From: an uncultured bacterium
GTDB lineage: Bacteria; Acidobacteriota; Vicinamibacteria; Vicinamibacterales; UBA2999
Direction of reading: 5' to 3'
Assembly (NCBI GenBank): GCA_963923455.1
Contig: CAWULT010000005.1
Span: 3,003 to 67,002 of the forward strand
DNA length: 64,000 bases
The notes beneath the pieces were generated by a model. It had not been told where the DNA came from and made no database searches. It worked only from the letters and a program-made list of their open reading frames with translations. This document shows, in pieces, positions 54,090 to 62,202 of the stretch; positions within the stretch are counted from its first letter, which is position 1; the number at the start of each line of letters is the position of its first letter. Made by a program: the position numbers and the translations under genes.

Positions 54090-54749
54090 ATGATGCCGCT
54101 GGACTTCCTCCGGTACCCGGAGGAAGAGCAGCGGGCCAGGGCGCGCGCGTTCAGGCAGGAACTGGGCCGGCGCCGGACGGTCCGGGATTTCAGCAACCGG
54201 CCCGTCCCGCTCGACATCCTCGAGGACTGCATCGCGGCGGCTGCGACGGCGCCTTCCGGGGCGCACAAGCAGCCGTGGACCTTCGTGCTGGTCACGGACC
54301 CCGTGCTGAAGTCGAGGATTCGGGCGGCGGCGGAGCAGGAAGAGCGCGCGTTCTACGGCCATCGCGCACCCGAGCGCTGGCTTCGCGATCTCCAGCCGTT
54401 CGGCACCAACGCCAGCAAGCCGTTCCTCGAGATCGCCCCAGCCCTGATCGTCGTGTTCGCCCAGAAGCACGGCAGCGACACCGACGAGCGGCACTACTAT
54501 GTGAACGAGTCTGTCGGCATTGCCGTGGGGTTCCTGCTGGCCGCCCTCCATCACGCCGGCCTCGCCACCCTCACCCACACGCCGAGCCCGATGCAGTTCC
54601 TGGCCGACGTGCTCGAGCGGCCGGCCAACGAGCGTGCGTTCGTGCTCATCCCGGTTGGCTATCCCGCGGATGGGGCCCTGGTACCGTCCATCGAGCGCAA
54701 ACCGCTCTCCGAGGTCCTCGTCGTCCGGGCCCCGGCTCCGGGCCGCTAA
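54090..54749 (+). CDS. Nitro-FMN-reductase superfamily protein, iodotyrosine deiodinase (halotyrosine dehalogenase)-like
   Basis: 219 aa. [61 protein letters not shown] and LIPVGYP...ERKPL are collinear with IYD as I remember it. Confidence 0.7.
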   Translation: MMPLDFLRYPEEEQRARARAFRQELGRRRTVRDFSNRPVPLDILEDCIAAAATAPSGAHKQPWTFVLVTDPVLKSRIRAAAEQEERAFYGHRAPERWLRDLQPFGTNASKPFLEIAPALIVVFAQKHGSDTDERHYYVNESVGIAVGFLLAALHHAGLATLTHTPSPMQFLADVLERPANERAFVLIPVGYPADGALVPSIERKPLSEVLVVRAPAPGR

Positions 54750-54806
54750 CGACCCAGCCCAGCCGGGCCGATAGTCCCTGACGGGAGTACCATAACGGCA
54801 CAACCC

Positions 54807-54850
54807 CTCGCCTTCCGGGCGCATCCGGCGCCCTGGCGAGCGCGTTTCTT
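54807..54850 (+). terminator. Probable intrinsic terminator after the IYD-like gene
   Basis: Two-tier hairpin: CTCGCC..GGGCGC-atccg-GCGCCC..GGCGAG (54807-54840), followed by CGCGTTTCTT. Confidence 0.45.
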
Positions 54851-54877
54851 CCATCCCCGCAGGGCCGCTCACGCGTC

Positions 54878-56116
54878 ATGAAGATTGGCTACGTCATGCA
54901 GGAGGGAGGGCCGGACGTCCGGCAGCTCCCCCGCACCGGCCCTGCGAACCACGTCCTGAAGGTCTTTGCCGAACTGCAGAGGCTGGGGCACGACGTCCGG
55001 CTGCTGGCCCGGTGGGACGGTGTCATCTGGAAGTCGGACGACCTGGTCACGTACGAGCCCGTCGTCGTCCGGGACTGGGACTCGGGGCCGAGGCGGGCGC
55101 TCGAGCGTCTCGTGCGGGGCCTGCAGGCCAGGCTCGCCCTGCCGTACTTGAACCTCTTCGAGAGCCTCCGCTTCGCCAGCGCGTGCCGGCAGGAACTCGG
55201 CGATCGGGACGTCTACTACGAACGCATGGGCTGGATGGGTTACGGCGCCGGGCTGTGGTCGCGGCGATCGGGCATTCCCCTCGTGCTCGAGGTCAACAAC
55301 GGCGACTTCGTCACCGAGCTCGAGATGCTCGGCGTGGCGCCCACCGGCTTCCAGCGCTGGCTGGCCGTGCGCCTGATGGCCGCCGCAGTCGGCCGCGGCC
55401 GGATGGTCGTCGCCACCGGAGAGGGACACCGCCGGCGCTTCATCGAGCACTGGCGCGTGACGCCCGACACCGTCGTCACCATCGAGAACGGCAGCGAGCT
55501 CGTGGAGCTGCTCGACCGCGGCCAGCTGGGTCCGTTCACCGGGCGCAGCCGCGGCTCCGCGCCCGTCGAGGTCGTGTTCGTCGGCGCCTTCGAGCCCTGG
55601 CACGGGGTGCTGAAGCTGCTCGAGGCGATGGAGGGCGTCGTGGCGGCGGGCGCCAACGTCCATCTCGTGCTGATCGGATCGGGCACCCTGCAGCGGCAGA
55701 TCCGTGAGTTCATCGACGCGCGCGGCCTCGCGCCGCACGTCACGATGACCGGCCAGCTGCCGATCGACCAGGTCGCGGCTCGCCTGGCCCACGCCGACAT
55801 CGGCGCCGCGCCGTACTGCGGGTGGATGGAATACTCCGGCCTCAAGCTGTTCGACTACAAGGCGGCCGGCCTCGCGATCATCGCGTCCGGCGAGAACGGC
55901 CAGCCCGATACCCTCTCGCACGAACGCACCGCGCTGATCGTACCGCCGTGCGACGTCCAGGCGCTGGCCGCCGGCATTGTCCGCCTGGCCGGCGACGAGG
56001 CGCTGCGCCGGTCGATGGGCCATGCCGGACGCCTGGAGGCTGAAGAGCAGCATTCCTGGCGCCACACGGCCCTGCAGCTGCAGGGCGTCTTCGAACGGGT
56101 GACCCGTGGGCGCTGA
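54878..56116 (+). CDS. GT4 (GT-B fold) glycosyltransferase
   Basis: 412 aa beginning MKIGYVMQEGGPD. The C-terminal half has the GT-B donor-binding pattern (VFVGAFEPWHG..., KLFDYKAAGLAIIAS). Confidence 0.75.
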   Translation: MKIGYVMQEGGPDVRQLPRTGPANHVLKVFAELQRLGHDVRLLARWDGVIWKSDDLVTYEPVVVRDWDSGPRRALERLVRGLQARLALPYLNLFESLRFASACRQELGDRDVYYERMGWMGYGAGLWSRRSGIPLVLEVNNGDFVTELEMLGVAPTGFQRWLAVRLMAAAVGRGRMVVATGEGHRRRFIEHWRVTPDTVVTIENGSELVELLDRGQLGPFTGRSRGSAPVEVVFVGAFEPWHGVLKLLEAMEGVVAAGANVHLVLIGSGTLQRQIREFIDARGLAPHVTMTGQLPIDQVAARLAHADIGAAPYCGWMEYSGLKLFDYKAAGLAIIASGENGQPDTLSHERTALIVPPCDVQALAAGIVRLAGDEALRRSMGHAGRLEAEEQHSWRHTALQLQGVFERVTRGR

Positions 56117-56159
56117 GCCGGCGTCCTCTCCAGTTCCGCCGCCCGCCGGGCGGCGTGGC

Positions 56160-57239
56160 ATGGTCAGCGTCGTGATGCCGGTGTTCAATGGCGCCGCCCT
56201 GATCCGCCAGTCGCTCGAGAGCGCCCTGGCGCAGACCTATGCGAACTGGGAGCTCATCGTCGTCGACGACGGCTCGACCGACGACACGGCGGCCATCGTC
56301 GCGCAGTACACCGACCCGCGCATCCGCTACGTTCACCAGGAGAACCGGGGGCAGGCCGCCGCGCTGAACCGGGGCCTCGACGCCGCCGAGGGCGAGTACG
56401 TCACGACACTCGACGCCGACGATTGGTACGAGCCCGCGGCGCTGGCGTGTCGCGTCGACCTGCTCGTGCGCGATCCGGGGATCGGCGTCGTGTACGGCAA
56501 CGGCGTCTACCGTTACGCCACCGGCGACACGGGGCCGAAGTTCACCGAGCTGATGCCGGCGGGCGTGTCGGGCGACGTGTTCGACACGCTGATCGTGGCG
56601 CCGTTCTACGGCACCGGGGCGGCGGTGATCGTCCGGCGCAGCGTGCTCGCCACGTACGGCATCCGGTACGATGAGGCCATCTCCTGGTGCCAGGACTGGG
56701 ACATCTACATCCGGCTGGCGGCCGTGACACGGTTCGGTTTCGTCGACGACGTCGTAATCAACTATCGTGTCCACGCCGACGGCATGACCGTGACGATGCC
56801 GAGCGAGCGCCGGCTGACGTCGCTGTTCCGGCTGCGCGACAAGGTGCTGGCCATGCCCCGTTTCGCCGCGGTGCCGGCGGCGCAGCAGTACGCGTTCTTC
56901 TACGACTACCTCACCCGGGATCTCGACGGCCGCGTCGAGCCGCAGTCCGCGGTGCTGGCCTGCCCGGCCTTCGCGGCCATGCCGCCCGACTCACGGGCCA
57001 GACTGCTTCGTCTGACGGCCAACGGGAGCCTCCTCGAGGGCGGCGCGCCGGCACCCATTCGATCGTGGCTGAGGGCCGCGCTCCGCATTCGTCCGGCCGA
57101 TCCCAAGACCTGGCTGGTGTACCTGCTGGTGTGCCTCAGCCCCGCCGCCGCCCGTCGGGTGGTCGCCGCCTGGCAGGGCCGCCGGCAGCCGGACGCGCCG
57201 GTGTCCCCGTTCGAGCAACTCTCGGCCGGTCAGTCGTAG
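56160..57239 (+). CDS. GT2 glycosyltransferase with a C-terminal helical domain
   Basis: Starts at ATG 56160. Motifs are VSVVMPVFNGAALIRQSLESALAQTYANWELIVVDDGSTDDT and LDADDW. Confidence 0.85.
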   Translation: MVSVVMPVFNGAALIRQSLESALAQTYANWELIVVDDGSTDDTAAIVAQYTDPRIRYVHQENRGQAAALNRGLDAAEGEYVTTLDADDWYEPAALACRVDLLVRDPGIGVVYGNGVYRYATGDTGPKFTELMPAGVSGDVFDTLIVAPFYGTGAAVIVRRSVLATYGIRYDEAISWCQDWDIYIRLAAVTRFGFVDDVVINYRVHADGMTVTMPSERRLTSLFRLRDKVLAMPRFAAVPAAQQYAFFYDYLTRDLDGRVEPQSAVLACPAFAAMPPDSRARLLRLTANGSLLEGGAPAPIRSWLRAALRIRPADPKTWLVYLLVCLSPAAARRVVAAWQGRRQPDAPVSPFEQLSAGQS

Positions 57240-57278
57240 AATGGTCTGGGTGGCCCCTGACAGCGTCGCGGGGAGCGG

Positions 57279-58469
57279 GTGGTGAGCCGCGGCATCACGC
57301 TGCCCGAGGGTGCCCGCTTCACCTGCCAGAGCTGCGGCAGGTGCTGTCAGGGCTGGGACGTGCCGGTCGACGCCGAGACGGCGGCCCGCCTGCGCGCACA
57401 CGACTGGGGCACGGAGCCCTTCGAGCCGATGGGCTCGACCGGCCAGTTCCGGATTCGCCAGGTCGACGGGCGGTGCTACTTCCTCCGTCCGGACAACCAC
57501 TGCCGCATCCACGTCGAACTGTCCTACGACGCCAAGCCTCCGGTGTGCCGGGGGTTTCCGCTGAGCGTGCTCGAAGTGGAGGGGCGCCAGTTCGCGCGGC
57601 TCAGCTACTGGTGTCCCACGGTTGTGGCGAACACGGGCAAGCCGCTCGAACAGCAGGGTCGGTGGGTCCGCGACACAGCCCGCCACGCCGACGTGCGTAC
57701 GGCTGCGCTGCGGCTCGAGCCCGGGGTGGAGATCTCGGGCGGAGACTTCGACCGATTGCACCACGCCCTGCGCGAAGTGGTGCACGACGGTGCCCATCCG
57801 ATCGGCGACCGGGTCGCGGCACTGGCCGGTCTGGTGCGCCGGCTGGCGTCGTCCCCCGGATTGCCTGTCGAGGCGGCGGTGCAGCAGGCTCGGCGTGATG
57901 GCATCGGCCGCTTGGCCGCCGATGCGCGTCGGGGAGGCGCCCCTGCCGCCGGGCGCCGCGCGATCTCGCTGTATCTGCTGCACGATCGGCCGCGCGGACG
58001 CATGGCCGGCATCCGGCGTTTCGCCGAAGTCGCGCTGTTCACGGCCGGGCTGGCCAGGCTTCGCACGCGCGCGGTGCCGGCCTGCGCGAGCCGGCGAATG
58101 GCTCGCCGGGTGACGTTCCAGCCCTCGCGGGTTGCCGGTGATCTGCTGGCCCGCTACCTCGCCTCCAAGATTGATTCCCGCCGCTACGTTGCCGGCGAGG
58201 CAACCGTGGTCGGGGGCATCAATCTGCTGCTGGTGGCCTACGGGTTGATCAGCGAATTGTCCCGCCTGCGGGCGGCGACGGACCGGCGCACCGAGTGCAG
58301 TGACGAAGACGTCACGCTGGCCGTGCAGGCGGCCGACCTGCTCGTCGTGGAGCACTCGGACCTGCGGCAGGGCGCCGTGCAGCGCCGCCTCGTCGACGGC
58401 GTGCTCGAGCGCCCAGATCTCGGAGCCGACGTCCTGGCGTTCGTCCACCCGGCCGGCCGCCCCTCCTGA
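57279..58469 (+). CDS. YkgJ/UPF0153-type cysteine-cluster (CxxCxxCC) protein with a long C-terminal extension
   Basis: The N-terminus has FTCQSCGRCCQGW, GRCYFL..DNHCRIH and PPVCRGFP. About 250 further residues have no recognisable motif. Confidence 0.6.
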   Translation: MVSRGITLPEGARFTCQSCGRCCQGWDVPVDAETAARLRAHDWGTEPFEPMGSTGQFRIRQVDGRCYFLRPDNHCRIHVELSYDAKPPVCRGFPLSVLEVEGRQFARLSYWCPTVVANTGKPLEQQGRWVRDTARHADVRTAALRLEPGVEISGGDFDRLHHALREVVHDGAHPIGDRVAALAGLVRRLASSPGLPVEAAVQQARRDGIGRLAADARRGGAPAAGRRAISLYLLHDRPRGRMAGIRRFAEVALFTAGLARLRTRAVPACASRRMARRVTFQPSRVAGDLLARYLASKIDSRRYVAGEATVVGGINLLLVAYGLISELSRLRAATDRRTECSDEDVTLAVQAADLLVVEHSDLRQGAVQRRLVDGVLERPDLGADVLAFVHPAGRPS

Positions 58470-58495
58470 CGCCCGTCCGCCCCTGAAAACGACAC

Positions 58496-58525
58496 GAGGG
58501 CATCCGGCTCACGCCGGACGCCCTC
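58496..58525. terminator. Bidirectional terminator hairpin between convergent genes
   Basis: GAGGGCATCCGGC-tcac-GCCGGACGCCCTC forms a 13-bp stem with one mismatch, which is a G-U wobble on the minus-strand RNA. It sits between stops at 58469 (+) and 58563 (-). Confidence 0.5.
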
Positions 58526-58562
58526 GCGAGGTCCGCAGGTCCGCACCCCGGAGCCGGGTCCT

Positions 58563-59123
58563 TTACATCTGCTTGAGGAACGTGCCCGAGAAGTCCGCCG
58601 GATTGTTGAAGTGGATCTGCACGTGCTCCAGCATGACGCTGTTGTAGAACGCCGCCATGCTCATGAACGGCCCGGCCGGGAGCATCGACTGCGTGATCGA
58701 ACCGTCGATGTCGAGGTTCCCGTGGCCGAGGGTGGTGTCCGAGTCGTCGTAGACGCAGTCGTCGTCGATGTCGGCATTGGTGCTGTCGCAGAGGACGATT
58801 TCACCAGCCCAGTCGCTCGACGTCAGGCTGACCCGCCTGACGAGGTGCTCGTAGGAGTCACCGACCGCCGCACCGCCCAAGTTGAAGCTGCGGACCATGT
58901 AGTCGAACTTGAAGCTCATGACGTTGCCGGACCTGCTGGACACCGTCAGCATCTGTCCGCTGCCGCCCTGGTTGGTCGCCCAGTTGGTGCTCGTCCGCGT
59001 CAGCTTGGCGACGAACACGTTCTTCTTCGTGATCGTCTGTGCCCACGCCGGCAAGGCCACGGACACGATCAGCAGCACCCAGAAAAGAACTCCACTCTTC
59101 TTGAACCGTTCCATGTTGATCAC
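58563..59123 (-). CDS. Small secreted hypothetical protein (acidic Cys-bounded loop)
   Basis: GTG 59123 lies 6 nt after GGAGGA. The track start at 59129 abuts the SD, and ATG 59114 is also possible. The signal peptide is FKKSGVLFWVLLIVSVALPAWAQ, and the loop is CDSTNADIDDDC. GC content is visibly lower than in neighbouring genes. Confidence 0.55.
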   Translation of the reverse strand: MINMERFKKSGVLFWVLLIVSVALPAWAQTITKKNVFVAKLTRTSTNWATNQGGSGQMLTVSSRSGNVMSFKFDYMVRSFNLGGAAVGDSYEHLVRRVSLTSSDWAGEIVLCDSTNADIDDDCVYDDSDTTLGHGNLDIDGSITQSMLPAGPFMSMAAFYNSVMLEHVQIHFNNPADFSGTFLKQM

Positions 59124-59442
59124 AATCACTCCTCCGGCGGACGGACCCGGCCTGATAACAAGGTTCGTTTGAGACGCACGCGGTCAGCGATGGCGGCCGT
59201 GAGCCTCAGTTCCCGCTGGGGTCCCACCTTACCTACGGCCTACCGCTCTTCCTGGCCGCAACAGGAGCAAAACGGCCGCCATGCCGGACGGCATCCATGC
59301 TGCCCATGTATGTTACTCAGGATGAATGGTTTATCCGATCGTCGTGGAGATCGAGCGGCCAGCCAGATTGACCGAAAGTCCCTGAACTGAGAAACAAAAG
59401 TCGCTGGGATGCCGATCAAGGAAAACTTGGAGGGGGCTCGCG

Positions 59443-59478
59443 TCGGCGCTGGCGTCCCAGGACGGGCGCCAACGCCGA
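59443..59478 (-). terminator. Possible terminator of the minus-strand glycanase unit
   Basis: TCGGCGCTGGCG / CGCCAACGCCGA forms a 12-bp stem (one G-U on the minus-strand RNA) with a 12-nt loop, starting 22 nt past the stop at 59500. The T-run is only distal. Confidence 0.4.
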
Positions 59479-59499
59479 TTCTCATTGTAGGACAGAGAC

Positions 59500-62157
59500 T
59501 TACGGCGTCGTGCCGATCTTGACGCCAGCATCGACAGCCGAGGACGGCAGCGAGCCCAGGTTCAATGCCAGGTTTCCCGCGCCATCGGCCGTGACGGTCG
59601 TCGCGGCCGGCTGTGTCGCCGAGCCCGCGTTGTCGAAGTACACCCACTGGGCCGGGTAGGAGGCCCCGGGCACGAAGCCCGTGACGGTGACGGTACCGTT
59701 CAACCGCGAGCCGTCCCAGGTGTACGGGCAGTTCTGGACGCCGCCGACGACGGCGCACCACGTGTGCTTGCGGTTCTGGATCCAGAGGTGCGCCCGACGA
59801 TTCGTGACGTCCTTCTGACCCAGCACCCGCACGTCGTTGGGATTCGACACCGCCGCGCCGGCGTTCTGGTAGCGGCCGTTGTTGACCGGCAGGCCGGTCA
59901 TGAAGTCGTAGTAGGGCCGGAAGACCTCGTGCAGCCCGTTGGCGGTCGACCCGTCGGGACCCGGCTGGCGTCGGAGGTTCTCGAACCACCAGTAGAGGTC
60001 GTGCATCGCGCCGGCGTCGATCTGGCTCCAGACGAGATTGTGCAGCCAGACGCCCCTGGTGTCGCGCTGCAGGTTCACGTCCTCCTGCTGGACGGTCGGG
60101 GAGTCGAGGCCCGTCTCACCGCGCACGAGCGGCTTGCCGATCAGGCGGTCCAGCGACTGCAGGCTGTGCTCGCTGTGGTTCAGCGCCGCGTCGAAGGCCA
60201 TGGCCTGCTTGAAACAGCTGTTGCTGGTGCCGCACCGCGCGACGACCACCGGATCCTTGGCCGCGGCGATGTTGACGTCGCCGGTCTGGCTCGTGCTGAC
60301 GTAGGCGTGCAGGTCGGCGTAGTCGATGTTGGGATAGCTCGCGTTCCTCCAGAACGCCGCGACCGGCAGCGAGTGCCAGAACGACGTCGTCACGAGGTGA
60401 TGGTTCGGTGCGAACTGCCGCATGTACTTGCCGAACTCGTCGGCCAGCACGTAGTGGCGGTCGAGCGACGGGTCGCCCTCGTTCACCAGTTCCCACGAGT
60501 GGACGCTCGTCGCGTAGCCCCACCGCGCCTGCAGGTAGCGCCACCACGCCTGCTGCAGCCAGCGGCCCGCCGTGACGCTGCGGTAGTTGCCGTAGAAGTT
60601 GGCCCCGCTGCCGGAGCCGAGCACGCCGTTGGCGTCGAGCCACTGGAAGATGTCCTCGCCCGCCTCGAGCACCACCACCTTGAGGAACACGTTGTTCTGC
60701 CGCGCGCTCTCGATGACCTGGTCGAACGCATACGAGAAGCGCTGCTCGAAGTACTTGTGGTGCTCCATCGACGGCTTCGCCACGATGTTCGGACCCGGCG
60801 TGCCACCCGTCTGCTCCCGGATCTCGACCTGCGTCACGTACACGGCCGGCGGCCGGCCGGTCGCGGGGTTGCTGCCGCGGACGTTCTCGAGCGCCATGTA
60901 GAAAGGAGGCAGGAAGTCGTTGCTGCCCGAGTTCCAGGTGCCCTCGAGCACCTGCTCACCGGAGGTGTTGCCGGCGTAGGGCGAGATCACCAGGCCGGTG
61001 CTGTTCGAGCTCCCGGGCTCGTAGCAGTCCGTGTGCCACGTCCCGTTCGCCGGGTTCTGCATCTTCAAGACGAAACCGTAGTTCGGGAAGCTGGCGTTGC
61101 GCGGGCCCGTGATGTCGAAGGCGGTGTAGCGCACGGTGACCCGGTACGAGGTGTTCCGCTTCACCGCCGTCACGGCCTGGAAGCCGCCGATGAAGCGACA
61201 GGCCTCGAAGAAGCCCGTATTCTTGTTGCCCGCCGCGTCCTCCGCGTAGGTCATCCGAAGCTTGACGGTCGCGGGGTCGCCCGCCGGTGTCAGGCCGGTC
61301 CGGGGTATGTAGCCGCCGTAGTCCCCGCGCAGGCCGTACCACGGGTTCCAGGCCGAGCCGAAGATGGCCGACTGGGTCAGCCAGATCCGCGAGAGTTCCA
61401 CGCCGCTCTGGTTGAACGTCGCGAAGCGGGCGGCACTCGTGCGGACCGGGTTGAACCAGTCGATACCCGCGTTGTAGCCGAGACCGGTGAAGGGCGTGCC
61501 GTCCTCGAACTCGAAGTAGCGCGTGTCGCGGCTGGACACGCGCAGGAAGCCCTTGCCCGACGACGGCGTCACCGTGAACGAGCGCTCGGCGCTCCGGGCG
61601 GTGCCGGCCGCGTCGCGCGCGGTCAGCCTGAACTGCCAGGTGCCCTCGCGAGGCGGCGCGAACCGCACCTTCCACGAGTACTGATCCAGGGGGTTGAACC
61701 AGTCGCGGTTGCCCTTCACCTGGTAGTCGAACGCCTGGTAGAGGAACGCCGGAATCGTGTGGATGGTCTGGAACCCGTCCTGGCTGAATTCGCCGTTGAC
61801 CGTGATGCCCCACCCCGCCGGGATACCCGCCGGCGGCGCCGAGTCGTACGGCATCTGCGGGTTGGTCGCGACCGTACCGGACACCGCGAAATCCACCTCG
61901 AACTTGTCGTACTTGCCGACCGTGTCCGGGGCCGTCACGGCACTGATCTGCAGGTTGCCGGACGTCGGCGGCGGAGGCGGCTCCGAGCCAGCGTAGATGC
62001 GCAGGTTCGAGGGCGGCTGTGGCGCCGTGGACTGTGCTTGCAGCGCGCCCGTGCCGGACGCGAGCGCGATGACGGAGCCCGCGGCGGCGGCGAGCAGCAG
62101 ACGGCCGGTCCACGACCGGCTGGCGTCAGGGGCTGGGGTGCGAGACGTCCGAGACAT
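59500..62157 (-). CDS. Secreted clan GH-A (GH5-like) glycanase with an N-terminal Ig-like (DUF5060-like) domain, copy 2
   Basis: 885 aa with a Sec signal peptide. Motifs are KYDKFEVDF, RYFEFEDGTPFTGLG, WWRYLQARWGYATSVHSWELVNEGDP and LVRGETGLD. It is collinear with 15542-18082. Confidence 0.7.
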   Translation of the reverse strand: MSRTSRTPAPDASRSWTGRLLLAAAAGSVIALASGTGALQAQSTAPQPPSNLRIYAGSEPPPPPTSGNLQISAVTAPDTVGKYDKFEVDFAVSGTVATNPQMPYDSAPPAGIPAGWGITVNGEFSQDGFQTIHTIPAFLYQAFDYQVKGNRDWFNPLDQYSWKVRFAPPREGTWQFRLTARDAAGTARSAERSFTVTPSSGKGFLRVSSRDTRYFEFEDGTPFTGLGYNAGIDWFNPVRTSAARFATFNQSGVELSRIWLTQSAIFGSAWNPWYGLRGDYGGYIPRTGLTPAGDPATVKLRMTYAEDAAGNKNTGFFEACRFIGGFQAVTAVKRNTSYRVTVRYTAFDITGPRNASFPNYGFVLKMQNPANGTWHTDCYEPGSSNSTGLVISPYAGNTSGEQVLEGTWNSGSNDFLPPFYMALENVRGSNPATGRPPAVYVTQVEIREQTGGTPGPNIVAKPSMEHHKYFEQRFSYAFDQVIESARQNNVFLKVVVLEAGEDIFQWLDANGVLGSGSGANFYGNYRSVTAGRWLQQAWWRYLQARWGYATSVHSWELVNEGDPSLDRHYVLADEFGKYMRQFAPNHHLVTTSFWHSLPVAAFWRNASYPNIDYADLHAYVSTSQTGDVNIAAAKDPVVVARCGTSNSCFKQAMAFDAALNHSEHSLQSLDRLIGKPLVRGETGLDSPTVQQEDVNLQRDTRGVWLHNLVWSQIDAGAMHDLYWWFENLRRQPGPDGSTANGLHEVFRPYYDFMTGLPVNNGRYQNAGAAVSNPNDVRVLGQKDVTNRRAHLWIQNRKHTWCAVVGGVQNCPYTWDGSRLNGTVTVTGFVPGASYPAQWVYFDNAGSATQPAATTVTADGAGNLALNLGSLPSSAVDAGVKIGTTP

Positions 62158-62202
62158 GTGCGGTTTCCTTGTGTGTCCTGTGCTGAGCGGTCCGCAGACG
62201 AC

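Noticed and set aside
54090-54749. Alternative annotation of the IYD-like gene as BluB (dimethylbenzimidazole synthase) or a generic nitroreductase.
   Set aside because: The active-site string [12 protein letters not shown] and the Glu/Tyr/Lys positions fit my recollection of IYD better than BluB. This rests on memory and not on an alignment, so the alternative is only provisionally rejected.
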